From Raillietiella orientalis (Eukaryota), in NCBI GenBank assembly GCA_036172245.1, contig JAYWIR010000057.1, forward strand, positions 310,001 through 374,000: a DNA stretch of 64,000 nt, given 5' to 3'. The position numbers and the translations under genes were made by a program. The notes under the pieces are model-generated. The model saw only the letters and a program-made list of their open reading frames with translations. It was not told the DNA's origin and made no database searches. Every line of letters begins with the position of its first letter. The first letter of the stretch is position 1. This document shows, piece by piece, positions 25,242 through 36,200 of the stretch.

Positions 25242-27194
25242 GCGCTCATCAACATTTCTTTCAGCGGGCAGTCGGTGCACAGCGTGCAGGTGAGACGCGG
25301 TATATGGTACGGCAGGACGACAACCTGAGTCCCCTGCTCTTTAGCACCTATTTCGAATTGGTGCTAAGAGCATACAGCGAGACTCTGGCTCTCCATACGC
25401 GGACGATCTTCTGCTGTTGCTTCCCTTGTCCACCCCGGCATGCGCACTCGACGGTTTCATTGAACTGCTCAGTCGTGGGACGGTCTGGTGGTGAACAAGG
25501 CAAAGTTGTCCATGGTTCCCGTTGGTGCGACGTGGGCAAAGCGGCCGAACTGGATCCGCCGGGGGATCCCCAAGGGCCGGTACTTAAAGTACCTGGACGT
25601 TCCGTTGGGGGACTTCTGCTCTGCAGAAGCCTGGTCCGGCCGAATTCAGAAAGCATCGCAGGCGCTCGGCCCGTTCCAAAGAGGCAGGTTTTACTTGCCG
25701 GAGCGGGACGCTGTGTGCAACACGCTTGTGGCCCTCCTCCTCCTCCCTTTGCTTTTTGTTTGCCCTCCTCCATGCGGCATTAGAAAGTGGACAAAGAACC
25801 TTCTCTGGATCGCCCTCTGGGGCGAAGAGAGGCCCCGAGTCCGCCTAGAGGACTTGTGTGCTCCGCGCCGGGCGGCGGTCTAGACTTTCTGACTCTGGAG
25901 AGAATGAAGCTGCAGCTCCAGTTTCGAATACTGGCCCTCATGGAAAAATTATGGAGCACCATCTGGTGCCAAACTGAACGTCTTCTCGTCCAGCAAGCCA
26001 ACTGCAGCGTGGGACTCGCGTCCTCCCTTGCGCACCGTCCATGCAGTCTCATCCCGCGGACTGCACCTGCGGCAGGTGGCCACGCTGGCCAGCAATAACG
26101 CATGGATCTCGTGCCACCCCTCAAACGGTAGTGCCCGGTTGCAGGAAACCGTGAGCACCTGGGCGACGATCCAGGAGCCCAGCGCGGAACAGGTGCGACG
26201 TTTCCTGTACGCGCGTAACAACAGCTGCACGCTCCGGGAGATCCTGGAAGAGATGAACAGCGCGTGGGCAAACAGAACCTCCCTCGCCGCCGCTCTGTCC
26301 TCCCTTAGGGAACACATGGGCATCAACGTCGCGGCTAGATGGGAGGTCACTGTGGAAATCTACGGAAGGAGAAGAGGACTGGGAGAGTAGACAGCGGGCC
26401 AGCTCACCGACGCTGCGACCCCGAGTACCCGACCCTGTGAACTTTTGAGCTGGGGAGTGCTACTGGGATTTCGGAAGAAGACCTGCAGTGTCCCCGGTGC
26501 ACATGACACCCGCACCATCCCCTTGAATTGGCAGGAGTTGGAATTGATGATGCTGCACTGGACCTCCCGTGCAACACCCGTCGGCATCTGTGGACACGGT
26601 GGTGTGTGAACCCAAACTGTGCAAGATATGGGGAGCGTGAATCCTTCCCTCAGCTCCTAGTGGACTGTGTTGCCCTCCAATCCCTTTGGGGATGCTTTGC
26701 CTCGACCCTTAGAGCCCCCAGTGGTAACGCCAGAGACGTTGTAAAGCACTTCTTCCTGTGCGACGCCCTCGAGCCGGCCGCACCTCTAGCAGCACTGTGC
26801 TGCCTACGCGGGACCGTAGCCACATGGAGGAACGTCAGTGGATACCAGAACGACAGGGACGCCATCGATTCTGCTGTCCTCTTCATGAGGACAGTGTCAA
26901 GATGGCCCCATCTGGGAGTCTTGAAACAGGAACTTGCCGACACCTTACAAGGATGCAGAGGACAACCTCCAGCATACAGTGATTCCTTCCCGAACCCCCC
27001 CATTTTTTGAGGGTATTTTTCGCTTTGTTTTTTTCTTTTTGTCTCCTTCCCCTGTGCTGTCGAGGCGAAGCCTGCTGACCTGCGTGTCAGATCCCTGCAG
27101 GTTCCTTTTCGTATTCACAAGTAAGGTGGAAGGATCAAACATTGTGCCACAGACATGGAGGTTTTATAAATAAACGCCCCGGCGTGACCGCGTA
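25242..27194 (+). mobile_element. 5'-truncated, decayed L1/Tx1-clade LINE (RT C-terminal half, zinc knuckle, 3' UTR) flanked by a 14-bp target-site duplication
   Basis: VRQDDNLSPLLF (~25307; degenerate RQGxxLSPLLF), YADDL at 25396-25410, VNKAK, KYLDVPLG, LW...LCAP..GGLDF, and CARYGERESFPQLLVDC, across several frameshifts. 3' end aataaacgccccggcgtgaccgcgta. TSD tccacccgtgccac (25228-25241) / tcaaccagtgccac (27195-27208). Confidence 0.92.
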
Positions 27195-27380
27195 TCAACC
27201 AGTGCCACCGCACCCGAAAACCATAGGCCAGTCACCGTCATCCAGCGGGGAGGGGAGATGTGAAACCGACGCAACACACCCATTTCTCGGCGTCGATCCT
27301 TCCCCGGGTGGGATTCGAGCCCACAGCGCTTTTTGATACACGCGGAGACCGCTCCCACACGGCCGCCAATGTGGGCGCAA
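27195..27380 (-). mobile_element. Repeat A nested copy, 5' head piece
   Basis: Minus strand gcccacattggcggccgtgtg...gggctcgaatcccacccggggaaggatcgacgccgagaaatggg...ggttttcgggtgcggtggcactggt matches 3331-3512. Confidence 0.85.
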
Positions 27381-28633
27381 GAAGCCCTTTTGAGGCATCG
27401 AAGTCTTCATTTTCCGACTCATGGGTTTCTCAGCCCTACAAGTGCAGGTGTGGTCTCCCAAGGGCCGCGTGGGTCCAGTTCTGCATCGTTCTAGTCAGTA
27501 GGGTGAACGGGCACGAAAAGGAGTAGGGAAGAGGACCGATCGGGATTTCCCTCCCAGGAATGGCAATCGGCGCGAAGATGCTTTCTTAGGGACCTTGCCT
27601 GTTTGGTCATGTGACGAGCAGAGAACTGGAAGAGCGTGTCCGAGAGGATTTCGATGCACAGATTCAGGGAGACCGCTGTGAGTCACAAATCAACCAGAAT
27701 CCAGGAGTTCTGTCTTTTTCCCTCCCTCCTCCTTCGGAGCCAAATTTCCAGGAGAGTTCGGGACCAGGAGAGAGAGCTGGCTGGTGCGCCTGTGGTATCG
27801 AAAGAAGTAGCGGAACCTGAAGGGGGAGGAATGTGACGTGATTACTGGGATGGCTGAAAGCCATTAAATACCTTGGAGCTTTATGTCTTCCGAGAGAATC
27901 GCCTCACTGCAGTAACCATGGTGAATCAAAATGGAAGCCTCGTCGTTGGAAAAGAGAAGAAAGGAGAGAGGAAAAAAACACACGCGCGCTCACGCAGGAA
28001 AAAAAAAAAAGAGAGAGAGAAAAAAAGAAAAAAAAGAAAAGAAAAGAAACGAAATTCGAGAGGGCGTGAAAACAGAAACGTTCGTGCTAACTGCCCGCTC
28101 ATCCTCCTCCTGGCAAAATGCGGAATAGAACGGACACCGTTCCCTGAGCGTCGTTATTTAGGATCGTTCGTGTTTCCTCTGCACAGAGTCCTTTTTACGA
28201 GAGGACGAGCGCACAAATCACTCAAGTGTTGCAGGAGGGCTCGCTTGATTTGAATTTCTAGCGGGGATCGAGACGCGATGCCACGGGAAAAATAGAGAGC
28301 AGCCCGCCCCCCGATCGCCTGCCTGGGGAGAATTTTCGAGACGGATCCGAAAATGAGATGCGGAGGGAACGCCGCCCGGCAAGCTGCGAATGGTGGCGGA
28401 GGCGTTCGAACGGCGGTCAGGAAGAGATCGGCAGCCAGACGATTGGGATGCCGGGAAGAATTTCGGATCCGAGTTCCAGAAAGGCGGACCCGAAAGCAGC
28501 CTCTCCGGCTGTTTGCATTCCATTTCCACTTGGGAATAATCTCGTCCAGAACGAATGCTGTTGACCCACGCCGCATGTGTGCCGCGTGATGCTCAGAAAC
28601 ACGATGGACTCAATAATCATTCTTCCATTTTAA

Positions 28634-28646
28634 ATGGCGCTTTCTG
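28634..28646 (+). CDS. Candidate start-codon exon (ATG GCG CTT TCT G|gtgagt) of an unidentified plus-strand gene
   Basis: aaATGGcg start context and a consensus GTGAGT donor at 28647, just downstream of a CpG-rich stretch (~28250-28590). Confidence 0.3.
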
Positions 28647-29736
28647 GTGAGTGCCTGAAGCACCACGAAGAACACCATTTGGTACGCTTTCCTAACATCA
28701 GAGGGTCCACTCAGAACGAAACACGAGTTCCAAAACCACGAACGGCTACTTTGGTGGCGATGTCGTTCCAAGAGCATCTTCACTGGATCTCAGCCGCGCC
28801 TGGACTTTAGCGCGTGAGCAAGACTCAAGCTCATAGGTTTCTCGTTGGGAACTACTAGTCTTCTCTGACTCAGATTCAGGGGACTGTGCTTGATGCACCT
28901 TCATCTCGTTTCTTGAGCAACTTGGAAGTGCCTTGATAGTCTCAATGATGAGGTCTGATCTAATGTCCCACTGAAAATTGCCAACGTCAGCGTTCTCGTT
29001 AAGAAAAGCATGCATTTCAAGAGATGGTAAACATCCCTATACATAGGAACACCGTACAGAGTACGTAAATGTGTGCGATGTATCGGAACGTTCGGAATTT
29101 AGGTACAGATTAAATACAGACTCAAGGGTGCAGGCCGAAGACCCTCTGCGTAGGTATAGTCAGTCCTGTCCTTGTGTCTAAGAGCTTTAGAGGATTGGCA
29201 TTAAGAGACTCGTGTGGTCTACGGTATCCATTTGCCGTTGGCATGGAAGCAAAGGATGTTTTCACCTACAGCGAAAGATAACGCATACTGAAACGCTGAG
29301 CTGTGTTTCAACACTGCAAAGGAAGGGCACACCACGATGTCGACTCGACTCGGAAGTGGGCGCTCCACTCGTGGATCCACGGCCACCTCAGGGTGCCTCG
29401 ATCAAAGCTTCCGTCGTGGAAGGCAAGCGTGGCGATTCAGCACAACTCCAGCAGAACGCAACTCCACTTCAGTGATCTGCACGCCACGGAAGGATTTGAT
29501 TTAACTCTCCAAGGTACGGGAAGAATCCAAAGGATGCTCCCGTCTTCCGCAGCAACATCTGAAAACACCCACATGCACTTTGCATACATCTCCCGAGTTG
29601 ACGCTTGTCATTTCCCGCGCCGTGCTCCACAGGAGGAAAAATCAGCAGAGGCCACTCTTCTGCCAGGGAGATTTCATGAATTGCTTTATGGTGAGCAAAC
29701 CATCATGAGGATGGCGGTTTTCACGAGGACCGCAGC

Positions 29737-30500
29737 CACGCGCCCACCTTGACGGCCGTGCGGCTGCCGTCTGAGAGCGTGGTGGTACCAGGCGTTGCGG
29801 GTTCGAATACCACCTGGGAAAGGGTCGACCCCAGAGAAAAAAGGGGGTGCGTCGTGGGTCAGGAGTCCCCCCTGCAGGACGATGCTGGTTGGCCTGCAGT
29901 CTTCGAGTGCCACACTAGTGGAAGCCAGATGACCACGTTGACTGGCCAGGAATGGAAGTCCACCCTCTGGGGTCCATCCAGGAATCAAGGAGTCCTTCGG
30001 GGTTTCGCTGAGGTTGTGGAAATGAAGCTGTCCCCTTCCTCCTAGGGGGTCCTCCATAGCGTAACTGGGGCTGGTTGATGTCCCCCTAGGGGGTTGCCTC
30101 TCTGGAGTCTAAAAAACGCGCCGTTCCCTTCACAGTGCGCCCTTCAGAGAAATTGGGAAGTGGCCCTTAGGGGTTCTCCTCATAAAAGTAAAAGCAAAGA
30201 GCGGTTCCCTTGTGGGATCTCTCCAGGGAAGAAATTCCAGGAGCGCATCCTTTCTGGGTTCTCTTCGGAGAAGAATTGGGGAGCAACCCCCTCCAGGAGT
30301 CCCTTTGGAGACAACCAGGGCGAGGGTTCCCTCCCAAGCGTAAGGGAAACGGACTCCTTACTCCACTGTCTCCCGGGGTACCTCCTATCTTGAAGAGCTG
30401 CACCCATCCCCTGGTGAGCGGACAATGTTGAGGAGGTTAAAGAGGAGGTTGACGGTTCTTCAGCACTCGGCGAACCCAAAAAGAGGGCTCAAAGGAGACC
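29737..30500 (+). mobile_element. Repeat A near-complete copy
   Basis: B box GGGTTCGAATACC at ~29799-29811, colinear body and subrepeats, 3' region cttcagcactcggcgaacccaaaaag. Confidence 0.8.
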
Positions 30501-31339
30501 AGCACTGATGCAATGGGGTAAGGACGGCTCTGCAAGGTGTCGGCCATACCACTTATCTCGATGCCCCTACAGCAACTGATGCCAACTTCTAGGGTGTAGA
30601 TCTGATCCACGGAGGAAGTACGGTGAAGAGGGAATTCTGCCTCACTCTGGTGTCGGCCTAGCCCCAGGCACGGTTTCCCTGACTCGAAATTCTCGCCATG
30701 AGCGAATGGATGCGCTTCCCTCCCCTTGCTCTGCACGTTTCCTTGCACGAATGGGCACCGCGTCTTACGAAACCGAGGAGCGGCAGCATGGTGTGGAAGT
30801 CGAAACAGCGAATGTTCGTCCAGAGATCACGAAGGAAAGGAGTGGCTCAGCTCTTGTTGCCACTGGACTGTCCGAGAATGCATGCATGAAACTGTCGAAA
30901 GCTCTGAAAGGAGCAGTTTCGGGATCATTCGCACGGTGGCTGAATGAGGGATTGTTCCACACAATGGGGAGTCTACACACATCCGCACGTTCTCAGGAGC
31001 AATCTTGTCGCGGGCAAGATTCGACCTGAATGTCACATACCGACAGCCACCTCCTCTTTTTTGTTTCTTTTTTTGATCTCCGGAGAAATGACACAGAGGT
31101 ATGGAAATATCCGCGTTCCCGACTTTCGATAGGGCGATAGCAGCAGTCCACCAGCTGAGTTGAGCTCTCTTCGAAATCCGTCGAGCCCTGGACTCCGCCT
31201 CGCCGAAGGTCCTTCTCTGGAATGCCGACCGTGCAGCACTCCGAGTAACTGCCGTTCTCTGAGACCTCAGACTGCACGAGTAGCGAACTTCTGAGCTAGA
31301 GGGATGTCCATGATGAGGAATAGATTCTGCGCGCAGCAG

Positions 31340-31545
31340 GAGCGTCTGGCAATCCTGCATCCGTTTTGCAAGCTGCGAAGCTGCATCTCGAATGGATTGT
31401 CTCTGGAGGTGGACACCGTCAAGCGGCTCCAGACTCAAGAGGTCATGTTCCGCTATGGACTGATTCCCGAGAAAAATACATGCCTTCTGAAGCATGACGC
31501 TATTCATCTAGCAGAGTACAATGAAAGAAACGTGGTTTTTTCCTC
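31340..31545 (+). CDS. Candidate exon (ERLAILHPF...YNERNVVFSS), product unknown
   Basis: cag acceptor, open frame, TC|gtgagt donor. Joins in phase across a 91-nt intron (31546-31636) to the open frame starting at 31637. Confidence 0.25.
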
Positions 31546-31636
31546 GTGAGTTTGCCAGTCCAGATCTTGGTAGCTGCGCCTGCTGCTGGACTCCGTAGCC
31601 GAGTGTCTGAATCACCGTGAAAATAGGTATCTTTAG

Positions 31637-31916
31637 GTGGCGAGGAGAGGAGCCGTGCCCCTTGGAGCGTGTTATGCGAAACGTGGCGCTCGAGAAGATG
31701 AGCCGGGCAATCTTCCATCTTTCCTGTTTGTCAGAGCCCCTTTTACCGGGATCTTTCTCGTTCAGGAGTTGCCGAGGTCATTTCGACGGAAGCGCCACAT
31801 TTTTGCACTCTAGGGAATCCAGGTGGCCTCACGAAATAAACGATGCAGTCAAGGAATTCCTTCTAAGCCTGAAGAGCTGCTTTTCGGGCAGGAGCGCACA
31901 GCGGCATGCCGGATGA
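31637..31916 (+). CDS. Candidate following exon (WRGEEPCPLERVMRNVALEKMSRAIFHL...), 3' boundary uncertain
   Basis: tctttag acceptor, phase-compatible with the upstream exon. No homology recognised. Confidence 0.2.
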
Positions 31917-32760
31917 TATTTGACGTCACCTATGGAAACCACCTACGAGATCCTTTGTTCAGTAATCCTCACGGTGCTACTAGTGGGGGGCATTACGACT
32001 CCCCCCCCTTCCTCCAGTACATTTGGTACGGACGTACTGGTAGTGCTTTTTTTGACGAGCGGACAGTTCTTCAGTATTCAAGATCCGACGGTCATTGTAA
32101 CCTTGCTTCTCACGTGACGTCGAACCGGAAACCGCTCCAGTTGCGTGGTGGGCACCTGTCAAGTGCTCAAAAATGAATGCTCTTTGCACTGCATGCAGAG
32201 AGAGAAGAGATGAATACTGTCTCTGTGATTCGGACTTCTCAAGGAGAAAGTGAAACGCAGTCTCCCAAAATAATGAGGGTATTTCTGCTAGCTACGTTGG
32301 CATGATGACACTATCAAAGTTTGCGACTTTAGGAATTCAGCCTGGCACGGGATATCACGGGAGTCTCGAGGGATGGTTCCGGGGAGGACACGAATCCTAC
32401 CTTCTGTTCGGTTTGGGGACGTCCGTCGAAGACGCCCTTGAATCGGAAAGCTACGACCGCTGGAAAGCATTCCAAGGCACCTCAAGAAAATTTTCCTCCA
32501 TCTTCATTCATGTTCCCAATCTTTCCTTCTCTTTCTCCGCTGGCCTGCCTCGGTTTTTTTCCTCGGGGAATTGGGCTGCATAAAAGGCACACGTCCTTGC
32601 ATGCCAGACGCACGGGAGATGGCGTGGTTCAAAGTCAGGGCCGTGGAACTCCCCTTGGTAAACTAAGGCTAGTAACCACCAAACTGCGAGCCATACTCCT
32701 TACATTTAATGAAGGGAGGAGGTGCTGTGAGGTCTGAGGTCGGGAAGAATGGTCCTGTAG

Positions 32761-33253
32761 TCCCCTTCAGCATCCGAGGAGTTGCTTCGCGAGCGCTCTT
32801 CACGTACGTGTTCCACGTTTCCGCTGTTCAGTGCGGTGAGTCGGAGCGTATATACATACCTCCAGGCAAGGAGTTGAGCACCCATGGTACTTCTTCCCCC
32901 CCCCTCTCTCTCTCTCTTTTCGTGACCCCGTTTTCCGTTTCTATTTTTCCTGTCTCTTTTTGCTTTTTTGGAAACAACAACCGCATTGGGTCCGTCCTGC
33001 AGGAAGGAATAACAGAGGGATGCGATGTTTACCGAAATAGCAGAAAATACAGACAGAACCAGTTTGGATCCCATCAAAGGGATTTATACTGCTGTTATCT
33101 TAGCCTCAGTGCAGTTCCAGGGGAACCATTTGTCTTCCTTTACATCCTCCTGGAATTCCAATCCCCAATCGCATTATTTCCAATTCTTTACCTCGCCGCT
33201 TCATTTCATGAGGTGATCTGTTGGGAGCAATCGCCTCTCTGGATGCATAACTG
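32761..33253 (+). CDS. Two candidate hydrophobic exons (32761-32835 and 33121-33253), product unknown
   Basis: ctgtag...GCG|gtgagt and ttccag...CTG|gtaagg, phase-compatible. A strong polypyrimidine acceptor follows at ~33291-33313. Confidence 0.2.
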
Positions 33254-36200
33254 GTAAGGAAAGGACGCTGCCGAAAACATGGGGGGCGATCCTTTCTTTC
33301 TCTTCATCTGTAGGTGAATTGGATGCGCAGGGTTTCCCCGTTCCTCCTCATTCAGATGGGGTTTCCGCGACGGCCTTGTCTTCGGATTCGCCAAGTGCTG
33401 CAAGAGAACGTGACAACGGCAAGCCAAAATGGCCTCAGGAATGCTCGGCATCGAGAGTGAATAAACAGCTCGACGCGGTGCTCACTGGCAGGAAGAGAAT
33501 TCCTGGAAAACTTCCTCCTGGAGTTTCGTCTCATTTAGAAGTCGGGCTCCCGAAATAGGGAATGGAAAGGAAACTCGCTGATATGCGGTGATTCCCACGT
33601 GCGTGAGGAGGAGGAAAGAACGGAGCGAAAGTTTGTAGCTGTTCCCCGAAGGAACAGCACAGAGGGAGCTGAACTTTGCGGCTGGCCAAGTTTCGCGCTT
33701 TCCAGCGGAGCTGTCCTGCATCCGTGGACCACACTGCGCCGATGCGCGTGGCTGGGCCTACGAAATTGGAATCCAGTCTTAGCTGCGCCATTCCATCCTC
33801 AGTTATTGGGGCTTTCAGGATCTCTTCGTGAGAGCACTCGAAAGCAGATTGCGGAAATTTCACCAAGAGAAGGAAGAAGGAGAGGAAGAAGCGTTCCGAA
33901 AACGCACAGACGCACTAGTGCCCTCCTTTTCCTCCGTCCTGAACCTCGAGGTAGCAGGCACCTTCTCGGCAACTTCCGGGATTCCGCATCCTCACTTTGC
34001 TTCTTGAGCTCGAGAATGAGACTCCCGTTTCCTGAAAATTGGCACAGAAAAAGGAGAAATGAACGTACAGTGCTGAGCAGTTTCGTACATGGTACGAAAG
34101 AAAAGGGAAAAAAGTAAAGAAAAAAAATTGACCGCTGCTTAACACCCATCCACATGTCAACAGAAGTGCAAGCTTAGAGTTATTTAGATGCAGGTTTTGG
34201 GGAAATTAGAGGCTAAGGGAATCTCAAGATGGTCTGTGCACATCCTCGATTTATGAAGGCAGTTGATTTGCATGTCAGAGGAGTTACATCTTCGTCATCC
34301 GCAGCTTAGTCTATCCGGAGACTTGGACCACCCATTAAGACATCAGAAAAACGTGAAGAAACGTTCTGTTTTTCCGAACAATTCGAGACACATCCTCGAC
34401 CGTTTTCAGGAAAAAAAAAGTCTTCTGAGTTTATGAGAACCAGGAATCATAGCAAAAGCGATGTCTGGATTCGATAGCCAACATCCACCTCTGCATTTCT
34501 TCTGCAAATCGAAACAGGGTTGTTCTTGGAGAATTCAGTGTTTCCCCGTGGAGTAGGTGAGGATTTGCAGAGTAACTGTCCACGCTGCTGCGGAATGTTC
34601 TAAAATGCGTTCTGCGAGCAGAACGCATCTGAATATGCACAGGAATGGTGTAGTTTCCAGAAGCTCTTTCATAGGAATTGCATCTGAGGACGAGTAGCCC
34701 AGTGACATTTTGAGAAAGAAAGGGTTACATCTATCCGAGGAAGGATTCGGTTCCTCTGCATCGGAAATGATCCCATGAAGAAGCCAAGAGGAGCACCAGA
34801 AATGCATGCTTTCCCATTTGGTAACATCAGGATCGAGATGCAAATCGATGACGTTCGGGCCGGAATCTTTTCGTAAGGCAGTTCTGGAAGAGAACTGCTG
34901 ATATTTTTAAACAAGCAAAGAAGGCAGCCCGGGTTCCGATCGACAGGTTGGAATTTTCGCAGTCTACCTTTCGAGGATTCTCAAAAGCCCTCGAGGACTG
35001 GAGACTCAATGACAGAGTCACGGCCGGCTTTCCGTTTGGTGGGACCGATGGGAATCAGACGCACCAGAAACAAGTATGCAAACAAAGGAGCACACGTGAA
35101 GAGCAGCTTCATCGTGGGATTACACATACCAACGTGATGTAGTCCACGGGAGGCTTGAATGTAAGATGTGGCTTTTCGGTCCCCGAACATTCGGGCAGTT
35201 GCAGGAAGTTTTCGAGATTCCATTGGGTTCCGTTTGGAAAGCAGCCATGTCCAACAGATCACATAAGCCTGCAAGAGGCGGTCTGCATTATTCATAGCGA
35301 AGAGTCATGAGAAGGTGCAGCGTGTGGAAGCGATTCGAGATGGCCAATTTCGGAGATACCAAAAAAAATCCGTGATTCATTGGTCGTCTGAAATGCTCGA
35401 AAGCCACGGTCTGCATGTGCAGACCTAACGACTTCATCCGAGTGAACTAAATTTAGCACGAGGGAAGTCTCCACCAAATGCACACTTTGCAAAAGTCTCG
35501 CGGCGCTGCACTGATAGAGCCCATTCTGCACGTCAGAATTTGTTTTCTTGCATCTCCCAGCAGTACTTGTGGAGCGTCACTTTCGCGTGTTGTCTCCGAG
35601 ATCACGAGAAGCTGTCGCATGGCCCGGGAGCGAACCAGCATTTTGAAACAGATCGGCTGTTACGAAACGAAAGGGAAGCCACAAATAATGGTCCATATCA
35701 CCGTCCGGAGTTTCTCGTTACGGTAACGAGATGAATAACGGGTTTCAAGAGAGACTTATAGCTTTTCAGGGACTCTCGGAACGGGATCGCTCAGAAGAGA
35801 ACATGAAGGACTTTCCCATGCAGATGCTGAGCACATCGATGGCACATCTGTTTAACGGATATCGTAACAGGGAGGAAAATGAAGCCTGTTGCTTAGCATT
35901 CAGAGTGAGAATCCGTATGGAACAAGGAGCAGGAGGTGAGAAGAAACAGAGGAATCATGTGGTCTTCTAGATCCTACAAGCCGGTGATTCAGATCAGAAT
36001 GATGCTCCTTGTGCGTACTGCCCCGCGATGGATTTACGTGGAGGCAGACAGATGAAAGAATGAGCTAAAAATTCTTTCGTGGATCATGAATGTAAAATAG
36101 GTCAAGAAGAACCATGGATTCCCGATCTTCTTAGGATCCTATGGGCCCGTATTGTCGTTATCGAAGTACCTGGTTTCATAAAGAATGGAATCTTTTTTAC

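Noticed and set aside
23221..27194. The two divergent LINE pieces as one twin-primed or inverted insertion, or as a large TIR element
   Set aside because: Each piece has its own 3' end and its own TSD, they cover overlapping parts of ORF2, and they are substantially diverged from each other.
33385..33402. 17-bp match (ggattcgccaagtgctg) to the Repeat A 3' region at ~18346
   Set aside because: Homology does not extend on either side.
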